A stretch of DNA of 64,000 bases from Alphaproteobacteria bacterium (GCA_965248835.1 CBDFLJ010000002.1:1824001-1888000), one strand, 5' to 3'. Positions 17,928-28,547 are shown, numbered from the stretch's first letter. Translations and numbers: made by a program. Notes: a model not told the origin generated them from the sequence alone.

Positions 17928-20024
17928 CTATTCGACCGTATCCGGCTCGGTTTCGAAGGTGATCAGGTAGTTGTCCAGGCGATCGACGTTCACGCGGTCG
18001 CCGGGGCCGACGACGACGGTGGTCGTCGCCTCCTCGATGATCGCGGGGCCGTGGAAGCTCTGGCCGGGGCGAAGATCGGCGCCGCTGTAGATCGGCGTGT
18101 CCAGAAAGCCCGCGGCGGTTCCGGTGTGGACCGGGCGCCGACCGGACGGCTCGGGCGGGTCCTCGGTGGTCTCCAGCACCACGTCGCGCAGCGGCGGCAG
18201 AGTGCCGATGCCGACCACCCGCAGCTTGGCGACGATGATCCGTCCGCCCGGGTTGGTGTGGCCGAACTGGCGGTCGTATTCGGCCTCGAAGGCTGCGCGA
18301 ATCTCGTCCTCGCCCGCGTCGGCGGCGGCCAGCAGCACGCGCACGTCCCACTGCTGGCCCTCATAGTGCAGGTCGAGTTCGTGCTGGAACCGGGTATCGC
18401 CGGGCTCGAAGCCCTCGCGGCGCAGGGCATCGGTCGTCTGGCGCTCCAGTGACGCGAACCCGGCGGCAACCGCCGGGCCGACCGCGCCGTCGAGCCGGTG
18501 CATCAACACCTGGACGAAGTCGCGGCGCACGTCGGCGTGCTGCATCCCGATCGCGCAGAAGGCGCCCGCCTGGCGCGGCACATAGACCGCGCGCGCGCCC
18601 AGCCGGCGACCGACGCTGGTACCGTGCATCGGGCCCGCGCCGCCGCAAGCGATCAGCATGAACCGGCCGGGGTTGTAGCCGCGCTGGATCGAGATCCGCT
18701 CGACGGCATGGAGCAGGTTCTGCTCGACGATGCGGATGATCCCGACCGCCGCCTCGGCCCGGTCGATGCCGAGCGGTTCGGCGATCGTCTCCTCGATCGC
18801 CTGCTCGGCGGCGGCGAGATCGAGGTTCACCGAGCCGTCGGCATAGGGTCCGGGCCGCAGCCGACCGAGCACCAGATGGGCATCGGTCACCGTCGGCGCG
18901 GTTCCGCCCAGCCCGTAGGCGGCGGGTCCCGGCGCCGCGCCCGCGCCCTGCGGCCCTGCGAACATCATGCCGGCCTGATCGATGCCCGCGATGGTGCCGC
19001 CGCCGGCGCCGACGGTATGGATATCGACCGAGGGCGTGACCAGGTCGTAGTCGTTGACCGAGAGCGCATCGGTGATCGCCACCCTGCCCTCCGACATCAG
19101 CATCACATCGCAACTCGTCCCGCCGATCTCCATGCTGACCAGGTTGGTCTCGCCCAGGCCGCGGGCGAGATGGGCCATCGCGCCGACCCCGGCGGACGGA
19201 CCGGACAGCAGCAGGTTGACCGGCTGCTCGATGAGCTGGTCGAGCGAGGCCGCGCCGCCGTTGCTCTGCAGCATCAAGAGCCGGGTCTTGAGCCCCATCT
19301 CGGACAACCGGTCCGACAGGGCGTGCAGGTAGGAGGCCACGCGCGGCATCACGTAGGCGTTGACCACCGTGGTCGAGCTGCGCTCGTACTCGCCCATGAT
19401 GGGCACGATCTCCGAAGAGACCGAGATCCACGGGCAGACGTCCTCCTCGCGCAAGATTTCTGCGGCGGCGCGTTCGTGGACCGGATTGATGAAACTGTTG
19501 ATCAGGCAGATCGCCACCGACTCGACGCCCTCGGCGCGGAAGGCCGCCGCGGCCGCGCGCACGTCATCGACCGAAAGCGGGGCGCTCTGCGTGCCGTCGG
19601 CATCGATCCGCCCGCGCGCCGGCAGGCGCAAATACCGTGGCACCAGCACCGGCGGATAGGGGGTGCGATGATCCCACGGGTCCTTGCGCAGGCCCCGCCG
19701 CGCTTCCAGGCTGTCGCGGAACCCCGCCGTGGTCAGCAGACCGACGCGCGCGCCCTTGGCTTCGAGCAGCGTGTTGGTCGCAACCGTCGAGCCGTGCAGA
19801 AAAAACGCGCACTCGCCGAGGAACGCCGCGGTCGATAGACCCAGCGCCTGGCATGCGCGCTCGAGCGCGGCGATCACCCCGCGGCCGGGGTCCTCGGTCG
19901 AGGACGGTACCTTGAAGACCTCGGTATGGCCCTCGGCGTCAGCGACCACCAGATCGGTGAAGGTGCCGCCGACATCGACGCCGACGCGCCAGGGCGGGCT
20001 TTCCAGGCTAAGATCGGCGTTCAT
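17928..20024 (-). CDS. Hydantoinase A / 5-oxoprolinase ATP-dependent subunit family
   Basis: VGVDVGGTFTD, HGSTVATN, EYERSSTTVVNAY, SGPSAG, GAGGGTIA. Start ATG 20024. Confidence 0.92.
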   Translation of the reverse strand: MNADLSLESPPWRVGVDVGGTFTDLVVADAEGHTEVFKVPSSTEDPGRGVIAALERACQALGLSTAAFLGECAFFLHGSTVATNTLLEAKGARVGLLTTAGFRDSLEARRGLRKDPWDHRTPYPPVLVPRYLRLPARGRIDADGTQSAPLSVDDVRAAAAAFRAEGVESVAICLINSFINPVHERAAAEILREEDVCPWISVSSEIVPIMGEYERSSTTVVNAYVMPRVASYLHALSDRLSEMGLKTRLLMLQSNGGAASLDQLIEQPVNLLLSGPSAGVGAMAHLARGLGETNLVSMEIGGTSCDVMLMSEGRVAITDALSVNDYDLVTPSVDIHTVGAGGGTIAGIDQAGMMFAGPQGAGAAPGPAAYGLGGTAPTVTDAHLVLGRLRPGPYADGSVNLDLAAAEQAIEETIAEPLGIDRAEAAVGIIRIVEQNLLHAVERISIQRGYNPGRFMLIACGGAGPMHGTSVGRRLGARAVYVPRQAGAFCAIGMQHADVRRDFVQVLMHRLDGAVGPAVAAGFASLERQTTDALRREGFEPGDTRFQHELDLHYEGQQWDVRVLLAAADAGEDEIRAAFEAEYDRQFGHTNPGGRIIVAKLRVVGIGTLPPLRDVVLETTEDPPEPSGRRPVHTGTAAGFLDTPIYSGADLRPGQSFHGPAIIEEATTTVVVGPGDRVNVDRLDNYLITFETEPDTVE

Positions 20025-20171
20025 GGTCTCGTCGCGCGCCGTCGGGGGGTTCCGCATGTGCGGCGAGACTAAGCGAGTGGGCCACACCACGCCAGCCGGA
20101 CCGGCCGAAATGAAGATCCATGCCAACGGAATCACTTCAACCGCCGGATCGACGGACCCGGGGGCAGACCG

Positions 20172-21224
20172 ATGAGCCAGCCGAGACTTGCCAATTTCTG
20201 GCACCCGATCGCGCCGATCGAGGAGATCACCGCCGCCCCGCGCCCCTATACGCTCCTGGGCGAGAGGATCGTCGCTTTCCGCGCGGGCGAAGGGGTGAGC
20301 GTGTTCCAGGATTTGTGCATCCATCGCGGCACCGCGCTGTCGCTCGGCAGCCTGGAAGGAGACAGGCTGGTCTGTGCCTATCACGGCTGGCAGTTCGACC
20401 GCGCAGGCAGATGCGTCCATATCCCCTCGTTGCCCGCGGGTGCGGCCATCCCGCACAAGGCGCGCCTGGTCGCCTACCATGCGGAGGAGGCCAACGGGCT
20501 GGTCTGGGTCGCGCTCGACGAGACCGTACATCCGGTCCCGGGCTGGACCGACGACGCCTGGAGCAACCCGGACTACCGCGTTTTCCTTGCCGGCGACTAT
20601 CTGTGGAACGCTTCGGCAGGGCGGGCGATCGAGAACGCGATGGACCTCGCCCACCTCAATTTCGTCCATAAGGGCCTGACCGAGCTCGGCGACGGCCCGG
20701 TGGTCAAGCCCCATGACGTGCCCGAGGTGGAGCACGGGCTCGTATACGCCTATGAGGACGGCAGGCTCCGGCGCGAATACACGCTCTACGCGCCGTTCAC
20801 CCTGCACGACAAGAAGCTGGTCATCCGCGCCGATCGCGGCGGCACGTGGTCGGAAGCCGGCGAGCCCCGCGAAGGCGATGCTTCGATCCTGTCGTTCATC
20901 GCCTCGCCGGTCGATGACACGCATTGCCGGTTCTTCGTCTTCATCGCGCGCAACCACGCCCTGGATGTCGATGACGCCGCGTTCAGCAAGGGGCTCGATG
21001 AGATCATGGAGCAGGACCGCATGATCGTCGAAAGCCAGCGGCCCGAGGCGCTGCCGGTCAGCCTGCGCGAGGAGCTGCACCTGAAGGTGCCCGACGCGGT
21101 CGCGATCGCCTACCGCCGGGTGCTCGGCCGCATCGGCGCGAGCGGTTCGTTCACCCCCCGGGCTGCAGCGGCGGGCGGCGCTGGAGCAGGCCGGCCGCCG
21201 TCTCGAAGGCGTGGGCGACCCTGA
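20172..21224 (+). CDS. Rieske non-heme iron oxygenase alpha subunit (VanA-like demethylase family)
   Basis: CIHRG...CAYHGW Rieske motif; ENAMDLAHLNFVH iron-binding motif; EQDRMIVESQ. Confidence 0.9.
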   Translation: MSQPRLANFWHPIAPIEEITAAPRPYTLLGERIVAFRAGEGVSVFQDLCIHRGTALSLGSLEGDRLVCAYHGWQFDRAGRCVHIPSLPAGAAIPHKARLVAYHAEEANGLVWVALDETVHPVPGWTDDAWSNPDYRVFLAGDYLWNASAGRAIENAMDLAHLNFVHKGLTELGDGPVVKPHDVPEVEHGLVYAYEDGRLRREYTLYAPFTLHDKKLVIRADRGGTWSEAGEPREGDASILSFIASPVDDTHCRFFVFIARNHALDVDDAAFSKGLDEIMEQDRMIVESQRPEALPVSLREELHLKVPDAVAIAYRRVLGRIGASGSFTPRAAAAGGAGAGRPPSRRRGRP

Positions 21225-22554
21225 GCACCGTCGCCTCGTCCCAGTGCCGGCCGGCGATCTGGGCGCCGATCGGCATGCCGTCGGCAAAGAACCCGGCGCG
21301 CACCACATGGCAGGGATGGGCGGTGAGGTTGAACGGGATGCCGATGGTCGGCACGTCGATATAGGGAAACGGCTCGGTGTCGTCGAACGGCGGCGTGGGC
21401 GTCAGCATGCCGGTGGTCACCACCACGTCGCAGCGGGCGAGCACCGCTTCGAGCTCGGCCAGGAGCTCGGTGCGCCGGCGCTGGGCCTGGATGTAGTCGA
21501 CCGCGCGGAACAGACTCCCCAGCATAAGCCGGTTGCGCGCCAGCCTGCCGTAGGTCTCCCATTGGGTTTGCAGCCGGTCCTCGTGGATCGCGAACGCCTC
21601 GGCCGGAACCAGAACGCGGCCCGCGGCGTGCCAGTCCATCAAGGACGAGACCTCGACGGTCTCGACCTCGGCGCCGAGCCCGGCGAGCACCGAGCCCACG
21701 GCGTCGACGGCGGCCACGATCTCCGGCGGGGCGGCGAAGTCGCTGGTGTAGAACTGGCGGATCATGCCGACGCGCAGGCCAGCCACGCCGTCCTCGATCC
21801 CCGAGACATAGTCCGCCACCGGCACGCGAGCGGTCGTGGGATCGCGCGGATCGTGGCCGGCGATCGCCTGCAGCATGATCGCGCAGTCGTGGGTGGACCA
21901 GGCCATCGGCCCGACGCAGTCGAAGGAATAGGTGAGCGGCATGTCGCCATGGGCGCTGACCCGGCCGATGGTCGGCTTGAGCCCGGCAATGCCGCAGAAC
22001 GCGGCCGGCAGGCGGATCGAGCCGCCGGCATCGGTGCCCAGCGCGCCCAGGCACAGCCCGGCCGCGACCGCAGCCCCCGAGCCGCTCGACGAGCCGCCGG
22101 TCACGCGCGCCGTGTTCCACGGGTTGAGCGCCGGCGGAAACGGCGGTTCGTGCGAGGGCCGGCCGCCGAAGGTGAACTCATAGGTGTTGAGCTGGCCGAG
22201 CAGGACCGCGCCGGCCTCCTTGAGCCGGACGATCACGGTCGCATCCTCGTCCGCCTCGAAGTCGATCATCACCCTGGAGTTCGAGGTCGTCTTGTGGCCT
22301 TTCCAGTAGAAAACGTCCTTGAGCGCGATGGGGATGCCGTGCAGCGGCCCGCGGTCGAGGCCGCTTGCGATCTCCTCATCGGCGGCGCGGGCAGCCGCGC
22401 GGGCCTCGTCCGCCAGCACCACGTGGTAGGCGTTGATATCCGGATCGATCGCCGCGATGCGGGCGAGACAATGCTCGGTCAGATCGCGGGCGGACAGCGT
22501 GCCGGCGCGGATCGCCGCGGCCGCCTCGGCAATACCGGGAAGTTCCGGGCTCAT
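21151..22554 (-). CDS. Amidase signature family protein
   Basis: GPLHGIPIALKD, GGSSSGSGAAVA, GTDAGGSIRLPAAFCG. Start ATG 22554. Confidence 0.92.
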   Translation of the reverse strand: MSPELPGIAEAAAAIRAGTLSARDLTEHCLARIAAIDPDINAYHVVLADEARAAARAADEEIASGLDRGPLHGIPIALKDVFYWKGHKTTSNSRVMIDFEADEDATVIVRLKEAGAVLLGQLNTYEFTFGGRPSHEPPFPPALNPWNTARVTGGSSSGSGAAVAAGLCLGALGTDAGGSIRLPAAFCGIAGLKPTIGRVSAHGDMPLTYSFDCVGPMAWSTHDCAIMLQAIAGHDPRDPTTARVPVADYVSGIEDGVAGLRVGMIRQFYTSDFAAPPEIVAAVDAVGSVLAGLGAEVETVEVSSLMDWHAAGRVLVPAEAFAIHEDRLQTQWETYGRLARNRLMLGSLFRAVDYIQAQRRRTELLAELEAVLARCDVVVTTGMLTPTPPFDDTEPFPYIDVPTIGIPFNLTAHPCHVVRAGFFADGMPIGAQIAGRHWDEATVLRVAHAFETAAGLLQRRPPLQPGG

Positions 22555-22751
22555 TCCGTCTCGCCCCGCGGCGGTCCGGGAACGAAATGCGGCAGCGTGC
22601 GCACTTCCCAGGTCCGGCCGGGATGGCGCGTCCGTCGGGCGAGCTTCATCAGCGCGCCATAGGCCTTGCGCAGATCGGCCTTCTCGTCGTCCCGCACCGG
22701 GACGCCCGAGGCCTTTATCAAGGCCTGGAACAGCTCGTCTTCCGCGCTCAT
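22551..22751 (-). CDS. Small hypothetical protein (66 aa) coupled to the amidase
   Basis: MSAEDELFQALIKASGVPVRDDEKADLRKAYG...; GGGGAG RBS; ATGA overlap with the amidase start. Confidence 0.65.
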   Translation of the reverse strand: MSAEDELFQALIKASGVPVRDDEKADLRKAYGALMKLARRTRHPGRTWEVRTLPHFVPGPPRGETE

Positions 22752-22860
22752 GGCGATCTCCCCGCAGCAGGCCTCGATTTTCGCACGGCCGGCGTGGTCT
22801 ATCCAACCCGAGCGGTTTGGCCGATGATCGGCATGCGGTGATCCGCCAGGGAGCCCAGCC

Positions 22861-23397
22861 ATGACCGAAATCCTCGCCCGTCATCCGCGCGCCGCAGCGG
22901 TCCGCGACATGGGCGTCGCCGAGATCGCCAGGCGTTACGTCGCCCACTTCAAGGACCGCAAGCCCGACTGGGCGGCGTTCGCCGATGCGCTGATCGACGG
23001 CTACCGGCGCGCCCAGCACCGGTTCATCGGCAACACCTCGGGCAAGGCCGCCGCGGATGCCGATGTGATCCCGGCCGGCAACTTTACCTTGTCGGTGATG
23101 TACGTCCCGCCGGGCGAAGGCAACGCACCCCACACCCACGAGGCCGAGGAGGTCTTCTTCGTCCTGCAGGGCCACCTGACGGTCTTCTTCGATGAGGAGG
23201 ACGGCGAACATGTCGAGGTCAATCTCGGGCCCTGGGACTGCGTCAGTTGCCCGGCGGGCGTCATCCACGGCTACCGCAACGACACCGTGGAGCCGATCTA
23301 CATGCAGGTGATGCTGGGTACCGGCAAGAAACCCGACCTGATGGGCTATGCCGACCAATCGCTCTACGACAGTCGGGATGCGCATATCCGGGATTGA
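22861..23397 (+). CDS. Cupin domain protein
   Basis: PHTHEAEEVFFVLQG and CPAGVIHGYRN cupin motifs. Confidence 0.88.
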   Translation: MTEILARHPRAAAVRDMGVAEIARRYVAHFKDRKPDWAAFADALIDGYRRAQHRFIGNTSGKAAADADVIPAGNFTLSVMYVPPGEGNAPHTHEAEEVFFVLQGHLTVFFDEEDGEHVEVNLGPWDCVSCPAGVIHGYRNDTVEPIYMQVMLGTGKKPDLMGYADQSLYDSRDAHIRD

Positions 23398-23473
23398 ACC
23401 GGCGGCCAACCCCGAAGGTCCTCGGGCGGGCCGCAGCTTGCCCGGCAAGCGCCCGGCGCTGTAGGTTCCGCCG

Positions 23474-23908
23474 GTGAACATTCCCGCCGCAGACCCCATT
23501 GCCTGGATCGTCGAGAGCTTTCGCGCCACCCCGATCACCACGCTGCTCGGCGCGAAGCTCCGGTCGTGGGATGAAGAGGCTGGGCTGATCGTCACCGAGT
23601 ACGACGGCAAGTCCGAATTCTGCAACCTGATCGGCACTATTCAGGGCGGCATCCTGACCGCCATGCTGGACAACGCGATGTCGTTCGCGGCCCTCGCAAA
23701 GTTGGGCGAGGACTTTCGAGTGCCCTCGCTCGAGGTCAAAACGAGCTACATCGCCGCTGCGCGGCCCGGCAGGCTGGTCGGCGAGGGCAAGGTCGTCCGC
23801 GCCGGCCGCTCGATCGTGTTCCTGGAAGGCCGGCTGTTCGACGAGGAGGGCACGCTGATCGCTACCGGCAGCGGCACTTCGATGGTCCGCAAGCACGCGC
23901 GGCCCTGA
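23474..23908 (+). CDS. PaaI family thioesterase
   Basis: NLIGTIQGGILTAMLD hot-dog motif. Confidence 0.85.
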   Translation: MNIPAADPIAWIVESFRATPITTLLGAKLRSWDEEAGLIVTEYDGKSEFCNLIGTIQGGILTAMLDNAMSFAALAKLGEDFRVPSLEVKTSYIAAARPGRLVGEGKVVRAGRSIVFLEGRLFDEEGTLIATGSGTSMVRKHARP

Positions 23909-23998
23909 ACCGGCGGCCCGACCGGCGGGGCGGATTCAATTTCCGGTACCGATGGTTTAGTCTCGCGCCCGTTCGCAATACGGCCGGGGAGAGCCGCC

Positions 23999-24277
23999 AT
24001 GCTTTACGCGCTGCACATGATCGACAAGCCGGGCGTCCTGGAAAAGCGCATGTCCGTCCTGCCCGCCCACCAGGAGTATCTCAAGAACGCGCCTATCGAG
24101 GTCGTGATGTCCGGTCCTCTGCTCGCCCAGGACGGCGAGTCGATCGTCGGCAGTCTCTACCTCGTCGAAGTCGCGGACCGGGCCGATATCGACACTTTCC
24201 TCGACCAGGATCCGCTGGCCAACGCAGAAGTGTGGGACCGGATCGACATCAACCGCTTCCATCGCCGGGTCGGCTGA
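23999..24277 (+). CDS. YciI family protein
   Basis: DKPG..R....AHQEYL, SGPL, GSLYLVE, DPL. Confidence 0.85.
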   Translation: MLYALHMIDKPGVLEKRMSVLPAHQEYLKNAPIEVVMSGPLLAQDGESIVGSLYLVEVADRADIDTFLDQDPLANAEVWDRIDINRFHRRVG

Positions 24278-24289
24278 GGGCGGCGCGGC

Positions 24290-25405
24290 TCACGCTTCCA
24301 GGAACGGATAGTCGGTGTAGCCTTCCGCCCCGCCGCCGTAGAAGGTTTTCTTCACCGGCTCGTTCAGCGCCGCGCCGACGATCAGCCGCTTGGGCAGGTC
24401 GGGGTTGGCCAGGAACAGCTTGGCATAGGCTACGAGATCCGCCTCGCCCGCGGTCAGCACCGCCTCGCCGCGGTCGCGGTCGTAGCCGGCATTGACGATC
24501 AGGACCCGGGAGAACGCCCGGCGCAGCGCTCCGAACAGCGGCGCCCGGGCTGCCATGAACGCCGCGGCGGCCGCCTCCGGGCCGGCCGCGCCCGGCGCAT
24601 CGGCCTCCACGACATGGAGATAGGCAAGGCCCAGCTCGTCGAGGGCCGTCGCCAAGGCCAGGAATGTCGCGTCCGGATCGCTGTCGGCCATGTCGTTGAA
24701 GACCTGGAAGGGCGAGATCCGATACCCCACCCTGTCCGCACCCCAGACTTCGACCACGGCCCCGGCGACCTCCAGCGGCAGCCGCAACCGGTTCTCGATC
24801 GTCCCGCCGTAGCGGTCGGTCCTGCGGTTGGTGCCGTCGCGGGTGAACTGGTCGAGCAGATAGCCGTTGCCGCCGTGCAGTTCGACCGCATCGAAGCCTG
24901 CGGCCTTGGCGCACTCGGCGCCGTGGCGGAACTGAGCGAGGATCCCGGCGATCTCCGCGGTCTCCAGCGCGCGCGGGGTCTCGAAGGGCTTCATCCCTTG
25001 ATCGGTGAAGGCATCGCCCGCCGCGGCGATCGCCGATGGCGCGACCGGCAGCGCGCCGCCCGGCTGCATCACCGAGTGCGAGATCCGCCCGACGTGCCAG
25101 AGCTGCAGCACGATCCGGCCGCCGACGCCGTGCACGGCGTCGGTCACGCGGCGCCAGCCGGCGATCTGCTCGGGCGAATGGATGCCGGGCGTCGCCGGAA
25201 AGCCCACGCCCTGCGGGCTGACCTGCGTCGCCTCGGTGACGATCAGCGCCGCGCTTGCGCGCTGCATGTAGTATTCCACCGCCAAGGCGGGCGGGACGTT
25301 GCCCGGTCCGGCGCGGTTGCGCGTCATCGGCGCCATGACGACCCGGCTGGACGCCTCCAGGGGCCCGATGCGGATCGAGCTTGCCAGCGTCGCCGGCTCG
25401 GCCAT
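24290..25405 (-). CDS. nemA: Alkene reductase, NemA/old yellow enzyme family
   Basis: VMAPMTRNRA, LQLWHVGRISH, ELHGGNGYLLDQF, YGGGAEGYTDYP. Confidence 0.88.
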   Translation of the reverse strand: MAEPATLASSIRIGPLEASSRVVMAPMTRNRAGPGNVPPALAVEYYMQRASAALIVTEATQVSPQGVGFPATPGIHSPEQIAGWRRVTDAVHGVGGRIVLQLWHVGRISHSVMQPGGALPVAPSAIAAAGDAFTDQGMKPFETPRALETAEIAGILAQFRHGAECAKAAGFDAVELHGGNGYLLDQFTRDGTNRRTDRYGGTIENRLRLPLEVAGAVVEVWGADRVGYRISPFQVFNDMADSDPDATFLALATALDELGLAYLHVVEADAPGAAGPEAAAAAFMAARAPLFGALRRAFSRVLIVNAGYDRDRGEAVLTAGEADLVAYAKLFLANPDLPKRLIVGAALNEPVKKTFYGGGAEGYTDYPFLEA

Positions 25406-25484
25406 GGCGGGTCTCCCGGGAGTGCGGACTGCCATCTGGTATGATGGCGGCAATCTTATCGGCAGCGGTGCGGGGAGCCAAAGG

Positions 25485-26459
25485 ATGATCGATGCGGCAT
25501 TGGTGGGGCTTGGCTGGTGGGGCCGCCAGCACCTGGACTCCGTCCAGGGCAAGAGCGATCGGCTGCGCTATGTCCGCGCCGTTACGCTGGAGCCCGAGGC
25601 GGCTTCCGGCCTGGTTGCCGGCCATGGAATCACCGTGTCGACGGATTACGACGACGCGCTCGCCGACCCGGCGGTCGCCGCCGTCGTGCTGGCGACGCCG
25701 CATTCGCTGCACGCCGATCAGGTGGCAGCCGCCGCAGCCGCCGGCAAGCACGTCTTCTGCGAGAAGCCGTTCACGCTCACCAAGGACGCGGCCGAGGCCG
25801 CGATCGCGGCCTGCACGCGCGCCGGGCTCGCGCTCGGGATCGGCCAGAACCGCCGCTTCTGGCCCTCGATGAAAGAGATCAAGGGGATCGTCGCATCAGG
25901 CGAGATCGGCACCGTGATGCATGTCGAGGCCAACTACAGCCACGACATTCTGGCCGAGGTCCCCGCGACCGGCTGGCGCGCTTCGCCCGAGGAGGCGCCG
26001 GCCGCCGGCATGACCGGCATGGGAGTCCATATCACCGACGCCTATATCGACATGATCGGGCCGATCGCCGAGGTGCACGCCTTGTGCGTCGACCGGACCC
26101 TGGGCCGCGCGGCGGGCGATACGGTCTCGGTGCTGCTGCGCTTCGCCGACGGGCCGACGGGCTATCTCGCCAGCACCTTCAAGACCGCCTTCATCTGGCA
26201 TTTCCGGGTGCTCGGCTCCGAGGGGATCGTCGAATCCCGCGGCGAGCGCGACGTCAGCGTCACGCCGCGAAAAGGCGAGCCGAGAAGCTACATGCTCGAG
26301 CCCGTCGATTCGGTCCGCGCCGAGATCGAGGCGTTCGCCGATGCCATCGAGGGCAAGGCCCCCTACCCGATCCCGGCCGATCAGATCATCCACAACGTTG
26401 CGGTGCTCGAGGCCATTTTCGAGTCCGCAGCGACGCGGCGCACGGTGACGGTGCGCTGA
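25485..26459 (+). CDS. Gfo/Idh/MocA family oxidoreductase
   Basis: VGLGWWG, AGKHVFCEKP, GQNRRF. Confidence 0.9.
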   Translation: MIDAALVGLGWWGRQHLDSVQGKSDRLRYVRAVTLEPEAASGLVAGHGITVSTDYDDALADPAVAAVVLATPHSLHADQVAAAAAAGKHVFCEKPFTLTKDAAEAAIAACTRAGLALGIGQNRRFWPSMKEIKGIVASGEIGTVMHVEANYSHDILAEVPATGWRASPEEAPAAGMTGMGVHITDAYIDMIGPIAEVHALCVDRTLGRAAGDTVSVLLRFADGPTGYLASTFKTAFIWHFRVLGSEGIVESRGERDVSVTPRKGEPRSYMLEPVDSVRAEIEAFADAIEGKAPYPIPADQIIHNVAVLEAIFESAATRRTVTVR

Positions 26460-26465
26460 TCGAGC

Positions 26466-27254
26466 TTAGACCATCTCAAAGAACCGCTTGAGCGCGGCGT
26501 TGAATTCCTCAGGCTTTTCCATCGACGAGATATGGCCGGCCGGCGACAGCGCGACGGTCTCGGTTCCGGGGATCATAGCGGCGATGCGCCGCATGTTGTC
26601 GGCCGGCGTGCCGATGTCGTCGGCGCCGGCGATGAATAGCGTGCGGGTGGTGATCTCGCCCAGCCGCGGCTCGAAGGCGAGGGTCTGGAGCGCCCGGGCG
26701 CAGCCGACATAGCCCGTCACCGAGGTGCCGGCGACCATGGCGCGCAGCTTTTCTAGCACCGGCGAGCCGGACTCGAAGAACGGCTTTGAGCACCAGCGCT
26801 CGACCGTCACTCCGGCAAGCGCGTCCATGCCCTTGTCCTCGGCGAGCGCGACGCGGCCGTTCCAGGCGTCGGCATCGGCCGGCGGCATGTCGGCGCGCGA
26901 ATTGGCGATCACCAGGCTCAGCAGTCGGTCGGGGTGGTCGATGCCCAGCCCCATCGCCGTCATACCGCCGATCGACAGGCCGACGAAATGGCTTTTTTCG
27001 ATGCCGAGCGCGTCCCACAGCCCGATCACGTCGCCGATCAGCATGTCGAACGTGTACGGCCCGTCGGGCGCGTCGCTGCCGCCGTGGCCGCGCTTGTCGT
27101 ATCGCAGGATGTGAAAGTCCGCCTTCAGCGGCTCCACCTGGGCGTCCCACATGTGCAGGTTGGTCGCCAGCGAGTTGGAGAAGGTGAGCCAGGGCTTCCC
27201 CTCGGACCCTTCGATCTCGCAGTTCAATCCGATGCCGTTCACTGTGACTTTCAT
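26466..27254 (-). CDS. pcaD: 3-oxoadipate enol-lactonase-like hydrolase
   Basis: FSNSLATNLHMWDAQ, RYDKRGHG, GLSIGG, AGHISSME. Confidence 0.75.
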   Translation of the reverse strand: MKVTVNGIGLNCEIEGSEGKPWLTFSNSLATNLHMWDAQVEPLKADFHILRYDKRGHGGSDAPDGPYTFDMLIGDVIGLWDALGIEKSHFVGLSIGGMTAMGLGIDHPDRLLSLVIANSRADMPPADADAWNGRVALAEDKGMDALAGVTVERWCSKPFFESGSPVLEKLRAMVAGTSVTGYVGCARALQTLAFEPRLGEITTRTLFIAGADDIGTPADNMRRIAAMIPGTETVALSPAGHISSMEKPEEFNAALKRFFEMV

Positions 27255-27299
27255 GATGATCCCATCCTGTTCGCTGGAGCATGTTCGGACCGTTATGGA

Positions 27300-28358
27300 T
27301 CAGTACCCGCGCGCCCAGTCTATGACGTTCTCAAGCGGCCGGCCGGCGAGATAGGATTCGAGATTGCGGCACAAGAGATCCATGGCGCCGGCTCTGGTTG
27401 CGGTGTCCGCGCCGCCGGAGACATGGGGCGTGATCAGCACGCGCGGGTCGCTCCATAGCCGGTCGTCGGGCGGGCCTTCAAACTCGCCCTCATAGACGTC
27501 GAACCCGACCCCGCGCAGCTTGCCTTCGGCAAGTGCGGCGATCAGCGCGGCCTCGTCGATGATCTCGCCGCGCGCGACGTTGACCAGCACCGTGCCGGGA
27601 CGCATCGCCGCGAACGCCGTCCGCCCGATCAGCCCTTCGGTGTCGGGCGTCCACTGGCAGCAGACCGCGACGAACTGCGCACGGCCGAGGAGGTCGTGGA
27701 GACCTTCCGGTCCGCGGATCTCATCGAACCCGGCCGGCGGAGCACTGCCCGCTTCGCGGCGCGTGCCCACCACCCGCATCCCGAGCGCGGCCGCAAGCCG
27801 CCCCACCTCGCGCCCGATGCCGCCTACACCGACGATACAAGCCGTCTTGCCGGCAAGCTGCACCGGCTGGTACGCGCTTGCCTCGAACAGCCGCGCCGAC
27901 CGGTCCCCGGCAGCGCGGTGCAGACCGCGGGCGAAGTGCAGAAAGCATGCGATGACATATTCCGCCATCGGCAGGTTGGCGGCGTATCCGCGCCCGGTCG
28001 TGACCACGACGCCGCTCCCCCAAAGATCGCCTTCCCTCTGATTGCTCGCCCCGGCGGGCTGCTGATGCACCCACTTCAGCCGCGGCGCCCGGGCGCGCAG
28101 ATCGAGCGGGAACGGGAACGTCACAACCGCGATCTCGGTCTCGGCCAGCAACGAATCCCGCTCGGCGCGCGTCCCGCTGCCCATCGAGCCGGTCGGCAGA
28201 AACCGCTCGGAGGCCGCCTTGGGCCAGGTCCGGCGGATCTCTCCGTCGAACCACCCGGCGGCCTCAACGACGCGAAGCCTCGGGTCCAACGATTCGATCC
28301 GCACCTTGTCTGCGGGCGCGACCGGCACGAGGAAAAGGATGTTGATCGGATGGTCCAT
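27300..28358 (-). CDS. D-2-hydroxyacid dehydrogenase family
   Basis: IVGVGGIG, VNVARGEIIDE, ITPHVSG. Confidence 0.9.
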   Translation of the reverse strand: MDHPINILFLVPVAPADKVRIESLDPRLRVVEAAGWFDGEIRRTWPKAASERFLPTGSMGSGTRAERDSLLAETEIAVVTFPFPLDLRARAPRLKWVHQQPAGASNQREGDLWGSGVVVTTGRGYAANLPMAEYVIACFLHFARGLHRAAGDRSARLFEASAYQPVQLAGKTACIVGVGGIGREVGRLAAALGMRVVGTRREAGSAPPAGFDEIRGPEGLHDLLGRAQFVAVCCQWTPDTEGLIGRTAFAAMRPGTVLVNVARGEIIDEAALIAALAEGKLRGVGFDVYEGEFEGPPDDRLWSDPRVLITPHVSGGADTATRAGAMDLLCRNLESYLAGRPLENVIDWARGY

Positions 28359-28547
28359 GGCGGCGCACTGTGACAAGGCACGACGGCACCGGCAATAACG
28401 GCGCGGCGATGAACTTCGTATGGCGCTTCGGTATCGACGGCGGCGCGACCGGCAAGGTGATCTATTGACGGCGCTTTCGCGCGAACCCGATAATCGGCCG
28501 CCACGTTGGCCGCGGTGCAGGGAGCCAGAACGCGCGTGAACCAGCCA

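Noticed and set aside
21151-21224. 74-bp convergent overlap of the Rieske and amidase genes
   Set aside because: The Rieske tail is low-complexity run-on sequence with no sign of function.
20025-21308. N-terminal extension making a 1126-aa hydantoinase 'fusion'
   Set aside because: It is antisense to the Rieske gene and reflects stop-codon scarcity in GC-rich DNA. The same applies to the extended ORFs 4091..6226, 21151..23637, 27300..29297 and 15099..16082.
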